DNA of 64,000 nucleotides from Dipteris shenzhenensis (Eukaryota): assembly GCA_047967505.1 (NCBI GenBank), contig CM106538.1. One strand, 5' to 3'. Each line of letters opens with the position of its first letter. Position 1 is the stretch's first letter. The notes under the pieces were generated by a model. The model did not search any database, was not told where the DNA came from, and was given only the letters and a program-made list of their open reading frames with translations. The translations under genes and the position numbers were made by a program. Shown here piece by piece: positions 48,129-59,724 of this stretch.

Positions 48129-50450
48129 ATGGAGATGGCCAGATGCATGCTTAAGGCCAAGTCTTTGCCCAATAAATTTTGGCTTGATGCAGTGATGTGT
48201 GCCAACTATGTGCTGAAAAGATCACCTACACGGGCATTGAAGACTATTACACCTTATGAAGCATGGAAAGGCAGGAAGCCTTCACTTTCACACATGAGAG
48301 TTTTTGGGTCTCTTGCATATGTTCATGTACCATCTCAGTTGACACGTAAGCTTGATGACAAGGCAATCAAATGCATATTTATTGGTTATAGCCAGGAGAG
48401 GAGAGGGTATCGGTTATATCAACCAAATAGTGGGACGATTATTGTCAGTAGAGATGTAATCTTTGCTGAACATTCAGCTTCTCCTCTTGTGGACTGCAAA
48501 GCTAAGCCAGATTTTGACATGTTGCATGCCTTTGAATCTTGGTTACCTCTGCCATCCTCAGAAGAGGACTTTGACCAGCAACATGAGCCTCTTGCAGGCC
48601 CTCCACCAAGCAATAATCAGCCACTACCTCATGCTGATTTGCAGGTTTCTCTTCTGGCACAAAATGATCCCACTATTCATGATGCAGTCATTGAAGAAAG
48701 AGCTGTCAATAGACAGCAAAGGCAAGTTCCCAGATGGCTTCTTGATACATTGAGGGACAGCAAACAAGATCAGCCTTTTGCTGCCCGGACAAGATCAGGG
48801 AATAGACAGCATGGTCACTTTCTTGAGTTTGCACTCCTTGCTACAGCTTGCAATGAAGAGCCTCTGTGCCATAAAGATGCTTTTGACAGCAAAGAGTGGA
48901 TGGATGCAATGAGGGCTGAGTTACATTCCATTGCTAAAAATGACACATGGGAATTAGTAGATCTCCCTCCCGGCAAGCATGCCATTGGAACCCGCTGGGT
49001 CTACAAATTAAAAAGGAAATCTGATGGCAGCATAGATCGATACAAAGCCCGTCTTGTTGCAAAAGGGTATGCCCAACAACAAGGCATTGACTTTGAGGAG
49101 ACATTTGCTCCCACATCCAGGATTACTACCATTAGATGTGTCATAGCCATTGCCGCCCATCATCATTGGCAAGTGCACCAACTTGACATCAAGACTGCTT
49201 TTCTTCGTGGGGATCTGCAAGAAGTATATGTCACACAACCTCCTGGCTTTGAGGTTGTTAATTCTGAAAATAAGGTATGCCGGCTTATAAAAGCCCTTTA
49301 TGGTTTGAAGCACGCACCCAAGGCATGGTATGCCAAAATTCATGCACACTTACTATCCCTTGGTTTTCAGAATAGCCCCACAAAACCCACTCTTTATGTC
49401 CGCAGGAGTGGACCTGATTTTTTAGTGCTGATTTTATATGTGGATGATATGCTCATCACGGGCCCAGATACTCAACAAATTGCAACTTTCAAGGCTGATT
49501 TGCAGCAGATTTTTGACATGTCACACATGGGACAGCTCCATTTTTATTTGGGCATGCAGTTTGCTCATGTTGAGGGGGGTATCATGATGTCTCAGTCCAA
49601 GTATATTGGACAGCTCCTTGATCGTTTTCAGTTTGAGGATTGCAAGCCAATCTTTACACCAATGGACCCTCCCTTCAAATTCTCAGCTCATGATGGGAGC
49701 CCACCATGTGATATCACTCTTTATCAGCAGGCTGTTGGATGCCTTATTTATTTATGTCACACCAAACATGACTTACAATATGCAGCATCTCAGCTCAGCA
49801 CATTCATGCACATGCCCAATTCACAGCATTGGCAGGCAGTGAAGAGAGTCTTCAGATATCTCAAAGGCACTCAGGATTTAGCCCTCTTCTATGGTGATCA
49901 CGGTTCACTTACCATGCATGCTTACACGAATAGTGACTGGGCAGGATGTTCCGACACCAGAGTGTCACATACTGGCAATTGTTTTTTGCTTGGCAATTCA
50001 TGTATCTCTTGGCTCAGCAAGAAGCAACCAACAGTTGCCACATCTAGCTGTGAGGCTGAGTACAGGGCAGCTTTCACCGCTACAATAGAGTGTATTTGGC
50101 TTCGACGGTTACTTACAGATCTTGGTATTTGCCAGACATCCTCCACTATTGTCTACACTGACAGCCAGAGTGCTTTGGCCATTGCGCGTAACCTAGTGTT
50201 TCATGCGCGTACCAAGCATATTGAAGTTCACTATCATTATGTTCGGGAGCGGTTGTCAGCAGGAGACATAGAGTTGTCCTATGTTCCCACAGAGGACAAC
50301 ATAGCAGATATGCTTACAAAGGCACTTCCTCGTCCCAAGTTCAAAGTCTTCCGACAGGCTTTACACTTGGTTCCCTTTGTTACATGCTCTGACATCCCTT
50401 GTACATTCATAGGTGGCTATATCCTTTTGGATGAACATGTGCCGCCATGA
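48129..50450 (+). CDS. Copia pol remnant ORF (integrase C-terminal half, RT, RNase H), 773 aa uninterrupted
   Basis: RYKARLVAKGYAQQQGIDFEETFAP, QLDIKTAFL, LYVDDML, SSCEAEY, RTKHIEVHYHYVRE; RNase H DSD changed to NSD. Confidence 0.9.
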   Translation: MEMARCMLKAKSLPNKFWLDAVMCANYVLKRSPTRALKTITPYEAWKGRKPSLSHMRVFGSLAYVHVPSQLTRKLDDKAIKCIFIGYSQERRGYRLYQPNSGTIIVSRDVIFAEHSASPLVDCKAKPDFDMLHAFESWLPLPSSEEDFDQQHEPLAGPPPSNNQPLPHADLQVSLLAQNDPTIHDAVIEERAVNRQQRQVPRWLLDTLRDSKQDQPFAARTRSGNRQHGHFLEFALLATACNEEPLCHKDAFDSKEWMDAMRAELHSIAKNDTWELVDLPPGKHAIGTRWVYKLKRKSDGSIDRYKARLVAKGYAQQQGIDFEETFAPTSRITTIRCVIAIAAHHHWQVHQLDIKTAFLRGDLQEVYVTQPPGFEVVNSENKVCRLIKALYGLKHAPKAWYAKIHAHLLSLGFQNSPTKPTLYVRRSGPDFLVLILYVDDMLITGPDTQQIATFKADLQQIFDMSHMGQLHFYLGMQFAHVEGGIMMSQSKYIGQLLDRFQFEDCKPIFTPMDPPFKFSAHDGSPPCDITLYQQAVGCLIYLCHTKHDLQYAASQLSTFMHMPNSQHWQAVKRVFRYLKGTQDLALFYGDHGSLTMHAYTNSDWAGCSDTRVSHTGNCFLLGNSCISWLSKKQPTVATSSCEAEYRAAFTATIECIWLRRLLTDLGICQTSSTIVYTDSQSALAIARNLVFHARTKHIEVHYHYVRERLSAGDIELSYVPTEDNIADMLTKALPRPKFKVFRQALHLVPFVTCSDIPCTFIGGYILLDEHVPP

Positions 50451-53400
50451 CCAGAAAATACCAGGTATTTTGAGACGTTTCTAGAGTACTTCAGCCCATC
50501 CCATGGAGAGGGGTTTGTAGGCCATCTCCTCGTGGGTCTAGTGATGCCCTATAGGCCATGGTATGTGCCTTGTAGGCATAAATATAGGCACTTGTAGTGT
50601 TAGTGCCTTTTAGGCCACATAGGATACTTAGTCCTATGTGACACCTAGGACACTTAGTCCAAGTACCTTGTACTCTCTATTTTCATTATCTTAGTTGACG
50701 TGACGGCAGACTCTATCGACTCTTTTGCAATCTGCACTCTCTCTTTTTGCCTATCGATCCTACATATTCGAGATGAGGATGAGACATCTCCATTTGCTAC
50801 TCTTTATCAGTCCATTGTTGACTTCTCTAGCCGCAAAGAAGTCCTCCTAGTTAGGGACTTCAACGCGAGGACAAGTGCTCATCAGGCACCACTCCTCGAC
50901 TTTAGGGATGATTCCACTCTACTGCGGAAAGAAACTAGACTTTGTCCACTGGAACGAGGAGGAGCTACTGAACATTCTAATCAGTAACAACTCTAAGGTC
51001 TTTTGGCGGAGATTTCTAGAGGGACGGTCCCCCTCACCACTCACTGAGACTCAAGCGTGGTTTGATTATGCACGCACTCTATGATATCCCAAATCAGCCA
51101 ATCCCTAACCTCTCACATATGCCACGCCCCACATCTTGCACCCTCTTCACTAGGGGGGAGTAAAGGATGCCGTAATGAAACTTCATAATGGCCGAGCGAA
51201 GAATCACGAGGGACTATGCACTGAGTTCATTGCATATGAGATTAACCTCCTAGCCCCGATCTTAGTAAAGCTATTTAATGAAGTTGTTTGTTTGGGGTTT
51301 CCATGCACCTGGACAATTAACACTATCTCACCCATTCACAAGGCAGGGGATCCCATGAGCCTAGAGAACTACACGACCATTATGATTGGACATGTCATGT
51401 ACAAGATTTATGCATCAGTACTTGATTCCTAGGTCAGTAGATTTGCGGAGTGTCGAGGACTTAGAGCAACAGGACCGGCCAGATTCCGGCGTGATTATGG
51501 GACCATGGACCACATTCTCATGCTCAGATGTATCATCGAGGAGGCAAGGACACGGAAGCAGAGGATTTACTGTTGCTTTGTGGATTTTCGCAAGGGATTT
51601 GACACGGTTCTAAGAGCCCGCCTCATACGGCGCCTACAGGATTTGGGTTACGACCAAGAGATCATTTGGGCTGTCATGGCACTTTATGAGAGAGTTTCAG
51701 ATAGAATCAGGGCAAGATCTAGGTGGACAGACGAGATCATGAGCACTATGGGGGTCAAACAAGGGTGTCCATTATCACCTACCTTGTTTGGCCTCTACAT
51801 TGACGAACTTGAGACAGTGATGCAGACATACAGGGGGAAGGTTGCTCTCTTGCGGGCACGCTGATCCGGATATTGCTTTATGCAGATGACGTGGCTCTCT
51901 TGTCTTCCTCAACAAAGGGGCTCCAGATACACCTTGACGCACTATAATCCTTTTGTGAATCTCATGATTTGAAGGTCAACCTGGGTAAAACCAAGGTTGT
52001 GATCTTCAATACATCTCGAGCCGTCATGCGCCAAGAGCAATTCGCATTTGATGGGTCACCTATTGAGGTAGTTTCATCATACACTTATCTTGGGGTCGTC
52101 TTTTCCGGACCCATCTTCACTATGAGATCCGCGATGCAAGCACGCTTGAGCAGAGGATATGCTTCATTGGCTAGACTAGAGAGACAGTGCTTCTGCTCTC
52201 ACTTTCAAGATCCACGGACCAAAGGGTTGCTTTTAGACTCCTTGGTTCGTCCAGCGGGGATGTATGGCAGTCCATGCTGGGGGCCAGAGTTGTCGGATAC
52301 AAAGTGGGCCAAGGTGGAGCGGCTACCAGTTCTCATGTTATCACGGATGATCTGAGGTAAGCCATCTGTTCCTCACCACATCATTCAAGCGGAGTTTGGG
52401 TCACCCCCATTACAGCTAGATGTTGCATTTCAGGTCATCACGTATCTGTACCGAGTCAGGGAGTATGGGGATTACAACTCTGGGCGTAGCAGGCTACCAT
52501 GGCTAGCACTGTCCTCTTCTATGGCACTTGCAGTAGCACGACACCAGAGGCGTTGGTATGCATGCACAGAGAGATCCACATGGACAGACTACCTCCATTT
52601 CAGTATAGCATGGATGCTCCGTTTTCTCCCCTCCTATCGCACGAGGTCAACCAGGTTATCCGTGAGGATCTATTACAGCTACTCACATTCCGGACCTAGT
52701 TGGGCCCGAGTGATCTTCTAGTGAAGCTGGGCTTCTACAGAGATCACTTCTCATATATCACAGTGGAGGGTTTCATTGATCCACCAAGGTACACTCAGAT
52801 TTACTTCCCCTCTCATTGAGGATCTCTCTTGGGCAGTTCCGGGTCTTTTCACATAGACTTCGTATCGAGAGCGGCAGAGCAGAGCGACTACGCAGGGAGA
52901 GGCGCATATGCACTTTGTGTGACATGCAGAAGGTTGAGACAAAGGAACACTTCATCTTCACTTGTCCTGTTTACTATGAGATCCAAGGACATTTCGACTA
53001 CCTCTTCAGAGATAGCTATGGGGTTTTGGCCCGATTCATCTCCTACTCAAACCAGCGATGTTTGGCAGGTTTCGTTCATGAGGCACTCAGACTCCGCGAG
53101 AGGATACTCCGAGCATGGCGACTGGAGCAGACTTCTTCTTTGGCTGATCCCTCTCAAAGTTCTATCACGGAGTTTTTCCATCCAGATCACATGGTCACCC
53201 ACGGGACGAGGCCTCGACATGATCGTGACCCGGAGCCTGTGACCCGATAGCTCAGACAGAGGGTTGATACACAGATCACACTTGGGGACATCCCCTCCAT
53301 GTTTAGAGTCGGGTCTCGCCCGACGGGGGTCACAGTAGCCCTGGTTAGATGCAGAGCTATAACCAGGAGACATGCCAGGGCTGCACCTCTGAGTAGCCGA

Positions 53401-53658
53401 CACCACTCTATCGCCAATTTCATGCCCCCATTGCCTCATCCACCTTGATGTCTTGATGGTGATGATGATGATGATGATGAGATAGTCGACTACCGACATG
53501 ACATGACTATGTTGTACTTAGGATTTAGTACTGACATTTTGCATTTTTTGCATTTGCATTGGTGTGGATGCTTGTTTAGTAGCTCCACCACCATAGTTCA
53601 TTTGTACCAGGCTTTTCACAATCTCATAGACCCATCGATCTTCCAAAAACTTTAATAA

Positions 53659-53680
53659 TCTCTCTCTCTCTCTCTCTCTC
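53659..53680. repeat. (TC)n microsatellite forming the LINE tail
   Basis: Directly follows ...actttaataa. Confidence 0.95.
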
Positions 53681-54125
53681 CAACCCGCCGTACAGTCCCG
53701 TAGCCCGTCATACATTCTCCATACAATCTCGTACAGTGTCACGTAGCTTCTCCGTACAGTCCCGCAACCTCCCTGTACAGCCCGTCGTTCAGCTCTTACA
53801 GTCCATTGTACCCTTTCTGTACATCCCATACCAGTCTGTCGTACCAGCCCCGTACTTTCTCCGTACATCTTTCGTACTCCCCGTACTTTCTCATAGCAAG
53901 CTCCTACGGTCTCTAGCCCCGAGTTGGGCTAAACCCCCAGCCCAACTTTTGGGAGTTAGGTTCAGCTGGGGAGTTCTAAAGAAATAGCAATTATGGAATG
54001 GCCTACCCTCTCCTCCAAATCCCCCTCAACTCCATCAACCTCAACTATCAGGACTCGGTACTCTACAGTTGCAGCAATGACACCCTCTCCGTATGCACGC
54101 AATGACCAGCAAGAAGGGTCCAAAC

Positions 54126-55647
54126 TGTTAGAAAATGACCCAACAGAGGTATGCACAGCAGAAGACCGATAGAATTGCCCAAGAACTCACACAGTGTGGT
54201 GTGGGTTGTGGAATCGCAAACTTCTTAACTTATTGTACATAGAATAGATGTGCAAACTCATTAATAGACAGTGAACCAACCAGATAGAGAAACCACCAAA
54301 ATAATATATTTCCATCCAAAGCTATGGACACAATACAAAAGAGATAGATCCAGAGTCCCACCAATGGTGTGGTCCTCTGATCTTACCACAAGGTCCTTCT
54401 CCTATCTACCGGCTATCTCTAGACTCGAGCTTGCATGCCCCACCTCGAGCGTAAGTAGACTTTCCGCATCCAAAGATTTTCTCCACCTTGCTGTCTGGAA
54501 ACCAGACTAGGTGGGCTGCCAATCAAGCTCAGTCTGCAGCTCCTTCGGGGTCACCTTCACCTCCTGTTGACAGGCCCAAGGTTAGCCTTCTTGCTGCTCC
54601 TGTCTGCTGTCAGAGGGCTGCTCCAGATGATGATTAATGAGGGCCCTCCTTTTATAGGCCCCCTAGGGGCTGTCATAAAACCGACCAGCCAGCCTCATCC
54701 TGGCCGACCAGTCTGCTTGCTGGCGAACTTGGTTGGCTGGTCCAACCAGCCCTATATAAGGGCCTTTTCCAGGCCCTTTTGGGCTGCTGGCTTTGTCCCT
54801 GTCTGCGCCTATTGCAGGCCCATGTGCTTATGCTCCAGGTCTCCCATGCAGGTGCCTATTGGCCCTGCTCATGTGTCACCTGTATGCCTCTGCCAGCCCC
54901 ATGCGCTGCTCTTTGGAGGCGTCTTTTGCTGCGCTACATGCGGCCTCTGTCCCACCAACTGTGCGCAGTGCTTCTTGGGCTGAATACCTGAAGGCAAACA
55001 AGTTGTGTGGACCAAGGCAACACTGAAAGCACCCAAAAACACCACCCAGAACTAGGCTAAGGGCCAGACTCTTACTGGGAATGTGCACTGCCTAGCCTTC
55101 GAAAAATGAGCTCTGCAACCGGGCCTAGGAGAAAACCCCCGAAAAGCAGCCACTAGGGACACGCAACAAATCGCAGCAGATACTCCAAGCAATTCGTACA
55201 TATGAGCTCCAGAGAGGCGAAAAGAGGGAAAGCTGTGTTGCTTCACCTTCAACACCCAGAAACTCCAGAAACGAATGAACAATGGGGGGCTGACCAGTCG
55301 CAAAATGTGCCAACCCACAGCCAAGAATAAGGTCCGCCAACAAAAGGGGGGTTACGAGATGCCAGCAGCCCAATGTAAGCTCCTGGTTGTTCGAAACCAG
55401 CAAGAAGCTTGCATGAGCAGCGAATAAAGGACCTCGAATGCCCCTGCCTTCTAAACAATGATCAACTGGCAATCGTGCCAATGGGAGCTGCCAAAATGCC
55501 ACTCCAAAACCCGAGCTGCAAAGCAACCTGGAGCGACATTCCAGAGAGAATCACTAGTTTCAGGGACCATGTACTCAGGAACAAATCCTATGTGGAATAC
55601 AACATCAAATGGAGGGGCCTTTAGGAAGATGAATCCTCTTTGCAACA
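54126..55647 (-). mobile_element. LTR-like sequence (about 1.5 kb)
   Basis: TGTT...AACA termini; TATA-like cctataaaag on the minus strand near 54650; 54126-54283 is the reverse-complement homologue of about 57770-57927. No TSD found. Confidence 0.5.
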
Positions 55648-55719
55648 TTCATTAGTGAAGCAGTATCCATATCTACTCAAGTAATGCAAGATTTTTTTTT
55701 CCAAGAAAATTACTTCATT

Positions 55720-57470
55720 AAATATGACTGAAAACTGCGAGAGCAAGCTCAAATGCGGGAGTACCTCATGAAATGCATGAGGAAAAAACAGCTCAAAATG
55801 AGCTTATAAAAAACCAAGGCGGAGGCTGATAATGCCATCTCAACCTTGAGGGAGACTCAGAGAAGAAAGGAGATCCTCTCCAAACTCTGAAAAAAGTAAC
55901 TCTCTTAGCAGTGGCTGCTCTGGAGAATCCCTACATGCTTGCCCATATGGCCATCAGAGTGTGTACTGTGTCGGTCCAAATACTGGCCATAGCCTGGGAA
56001 GGGTGAACCTGGATACCCTCCATCGCCTCTGTACACCTGGCTCTCCAAATATGCCAAGCTACAATGCTAGCCAGAATCTCCCAAGACCTATCTACTAAGG
56101 CATGAGCAGCTCTGAAAGGAGTGAAGGGAACATCCTGAAGGGAACAAGACTCCATTGAGTGTCGCCGTACAATGAGAGTTGAATCTGGATCATGTCCCTC
56201 GAAAAACACCTGAGGGCCAATAAGAGATAACCAAGCCATTGAACCCCAGGTCATATAGAAAGGTGTTGTATGAAAGATACTGAAAATCCTAGCAACACCT
56301 TTCCAGATCGTCCTCGCCTGTCTGCACTCCCAAAGGCAATGCTGTATTGACTCAACTACAATGTGGCATCGATGACAAGTAAGGTCAGCCCTAAACTTGG
56401 ATCTCCACAGGTTCACTGTAATCCCTCCATGAATAGAAAGCCAAAAGAAAAGAGTGATCTTTCTATTCCGGAGGGATGTCCAGAGCCTACGCCAAAAGTT
56501 TTTCCACACAATTGCGAAAATTTGAAAACTATCCCAATGAGGGACTCTCAAGGGCCTCCAACCTCTACTGATGAGCTAAAATCTCCGAGCATTTCTAGCT
56601 GTATAACGAAAGAAGGGGATGCTCTTCTCTCGATGCCCCTCATCAATCAATTCCCACTCCCTTGGGTCCCACTGCAAGAACCTAATAGGGGAACCACCAT
56701 ATAGTCAGAGTCTCCAAGACCCCAGCGCAAGGAGAAGAAAATCAAGGTCAAGATACCACTGTGAGTCCGTGCCCCACTCCATGAAACCTGTAATCCTGCC
56801 AGGCTGAAAGGCAACTTCCAAAAGAATATCATCAAAAGATCCGGTAAGTCTGCCTCCCGACTGAACATCAAAGACTAGGGTATCCTCATGTGCATCCTGC
56901 ACGGCAATAATCTGTAAAGGAATGCCCATCCCTGAGAACGCTCCCCACCAAGTGGACTCTGTGATCGGCATGTCATCTGTGTCTATCCACTCTGCCGGAA
57001 TGGCTGCCTCTATTTGTTGTATCCTGCCTGCACTCCCTCTAAGGTGGCCAACTGCTAAAAGTCTCTGATCCTCTGAAAGTCTCCTAAAGGCCTGCCAAGC
57101 GCTTGCTGTAGAAGAAGGTCCCCTCTCCCATCTAGACCACTACATTTAGTGTGACATCCAAGTGGCTTGCCATGGTCATCCAATATCGAGTCATTCAACA
57201 TGACTAGCTACCTGTGAATTTCTTCACCAGAGGTGGGTGGAGCTCTGCGAATAGTGTTTCTGAAGCTACCCCAAGCTTTCAAAATAGCAGCCATGAGAGG
57301 GGAAGAGGAAATTAATGCAGGATTTGGAGAGCCTTTGAGCAGCAATATTGCTACATGGATATGATCCCATACTGTTGTAGACCTTGTGGAGAATGGAGTA
57401 GAAGAGGCCAAAATGGGGATGAAGTCGGAGAGTGCCATGTGGCAAAAAAGGAAGTTATCCCACATATGAT
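55720..57470 (-). mobile_element. L1-clade LINE ORF2 3' part (zf-RVT)
   Basis: WRRLWTSLRNRKITLFFWLSIHGGI...CHRCHIVVESIQHCLWECRQARTIW...WHIWRARC. Confidence 0.88.
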
Positions 57471-57489
57471 GGGTTGTGGAGACATCTTG

Positions 57490-57927
57490 TGGAACTAGCC
57501 ATACTTGTATTTGAAGGAGACTTGTGTTTTGGAAAAAGGGGAGAGATTCATTTGAGCCTTATCTTGTTTCATTAGTTGGTATACTTTTCTTTTAGTCATT
57601 CATGATTATAGGTTGCCTTACCCTAGGGCATAGGACAGTCTGGCAATCCTGTTGGGGAGGGGTAGTTGGAAAGTAGAGGATACAATCTCACACCTCTTGT
57701 TGGAAAGTCCTCCTCCCCCAGTTTTCTCTCATTCACTATCCCTAACTTTGGAGAGTCTGGGAAACTGGACTGGCTAATTCATTGTCTATTGATGAGTCTG
57801 CACATCTATTTTATGCACTTAAGTTAAGAAGTTTGTGATTCCACACCCCACACACACATTGTGGGAGCTCCTGGGCATTACTATAAGTCTTCCGCTGTGC
57901 GTACCCTCTATTGGGTCATTTCTAACA
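57490..57927 (+). mobile_element. LTR 3' (U5-like) fragment
   Basis: Ends ttctaaca; inverted homologue of 54126-54283. Confidence 0.55.
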
Positions 57928-57989
57928 CCTCTCACTCCGATCGCAGCTCATACAACACTCAGTAGATTATGTACATGATCACACTCATA

Positions 57990-58561
57990 CACAAAACCTT
58001 CCTCAAAAGAGATAGAGAGAGATAAGAGAGATATATTCTTCCACAAGATGTGGGCTGACAAAAGCTCAGAGATGAGCAGAGAAAACAGCAAGTGTTGCTG
58101 CTACCAAAAGGCTGAGCATTCTCCTCTCCTAGCACGCTTGCCTGGAGCAAGGCTTGTCAGTGTAGGTGATGGAGAATGAAGTGGGGGAAGGGGGATTATA
58201 TAGGTGGGCAGCAAGCCCACAGACTGGCCAACTTGGCCAGTCGGTTTCTTCATGCTGCACCAACCCCTGAAGAGGCCAAAATGGCCGACCCCTGGTCAGT
58301 TTTCTGGGCCAGCCTCTTGGCCTATATAAGGCCCCATATGCTGGGCCTTTGGGCTGCTGCTGGCTGGTACAAGTGATGCTGTATATGCCCCCGCATGGGC
58401 CCATGGTGCTGGCGCAATATTCCACACAGGGTGCTGCCTCAAATGTAGCACAGATCTGCCTCAAAACAGCCAGATACAACAGCCTCCATCCCCCTACTGT
58501 CTTCTGCCCCCTTGCCCCCTCAAATCGGGGGCTCACAGGTGGGGATAGTGACGTTCTAACA
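57990..58561 (-). mobile_element. LTR-like fragment
   Basis: Begins TGTTAGAA on the minus strand, cctatataat then a pyrimidine tract; homologous to 42340-42871. Confidence 0.6.
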
Positions 58562-58991
58562 AGGGTTGTGTTCTTACTCCCCCTCCCCAGTTCTCTTTCC
58601 TCTTCATGTCCCCTTGCCAGATGTTGTAGACCTCCTTGTGCATCTCTATCTTATCATGTGCTTTTCCGATTGCTCCACCTTATCCTTCTCTCGTTCTTCA
58701 CTAGAGCTCCCGCTTGGTTCTTATACTTCTTTCTCTGCTCTCCCTTTCTCTCTCTTCCGCATGCCCCTTACTCCTCCTTGAAACCTAGCTCTGTTCGCTA
58801 GCGTATTTGGTGATGCTGCAATGTAGTTCTTGGGAGATCTTGCGACGGCCCCCTCACCTGCTGACAAGATTTTATGCCCCACTCCTCGTCACATTCATGG
58901 TTGGGAGGCTCTTGTTGGTTCATCTTCACAGTGCAACAGCCACGGAGAAGGCCATCTATCATTACCTTCAACAGCATAGAGGGGAGCAAAA

Positions 58992-58993
<2 letters not shown>

Positions 58994-59033
<40 letters not shown>
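58994..59033. repeat. (CT)n microsatellite
   Basis: Perfect CT run. Confidence 0.99.
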
Positions 59034-59036
<3 letters not shown>

Positions 59037-59620
59037 ATGCATTGAAGATTAGAGTGGGGGGGCTCCCTAAAGGATGGTTCAAAGATGATGACTCTTTCAG
59101 TGAGACTTTAGCACATGTCAAAGCAGCCATGCCTAATATTGAATGGAAGGTTGATGATGATGATGATAATGATGATGATGATGATGATGGAGCAACTAAT
59201 ATCCGGCACTCCAAAGGATGTGCTATCCCTACACTTAAGTCGTGAGATTTACATATCAAACTCCTTCGACAATCTTACAAGTTGAAAGGGACCAAGGTAT
59301 GGATAGCTGAGGAACTTACACGAGCTCAATTGAAGAATAAGACAACGGAATTAGCTAAAGACAGGGTTGTTAGGAAGGATGGAAAATGGGCAGTTTACCG
59401 TGAAGGCATAGCACTAATCAAAGAGTTTTAATCCAAACCAAAAGACTCTCAGTCTTAAACTGATGTATGGTTGATTACTCTTTCAGACTATTATGTAGGT
59501 ACTCTAAATAATTGGGGTCGCTTTTGCACTCCCTGGGAGCTGCCATGTGCCCTCCCTAAAGCAAGATGTACTAGATGGTTTTTTTGATGTCCCATAGACC
59601 TATTGGCGTGGACATAAATA

Positions 59621-59671
<51 letters not shown>
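59034..59671 (+). mobile_element. LINE ORF1 C-terminal remnant followed by a LINE-type 3' end and (CT)n tail
   Basis: KIRVGGLP...KLKGTKVWIAEELT...RKDGKWAVYREG; (GAT)n expansion 59153-59188; gtcccatagacctattgg..cgtggacataaatagac then (CT)n 59623-59671. Confidence 0.7.
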
Positions 59672-59673
<2 letters not shown>

Positions 59674-59724
59674 AGGCTCTTCTTTGGCTCAGGTGGACAA
59701 GGGCTCTTCTTTGGCTCAAGTGGA

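Larger units (their letters stand above)
44410..50764 (+). mobile_element. Ty1/Copia family B copy 2
   Basis: LTRs 44410-44669 and 50516-50764; TSD TATTT/TATTC; PBS 44671-44682; PPT 50505-50513; gag from 45758 (LDGTNYPMWS, CNYCRKPRHDILEC) disrupted. Confidence 0.97.
43800..53660 (+). mobile_element. RTEX-like LINE (ORF1 end, ORF2, tail) split by the Copia B copy 2 insertion
   Basis: ISMDEDLT...ARKEGKW; IWNCNG, DIVFYTKTH; resumes at 50765 with VLLVRDFNAR; FVDFRKGFDTV, GVKQGCPLSPTLFGLYID, LLYADD, zinc finger; tail then (TC)n. Confidence 0.92.

Noticed and set aside
54126-57927. DNA transposon with about 160-bp terminal inverted repeats
   Set aside because: The repeats are diverged, look like LTR U5 ends, have no TSD and enclose retroelement remnants only.
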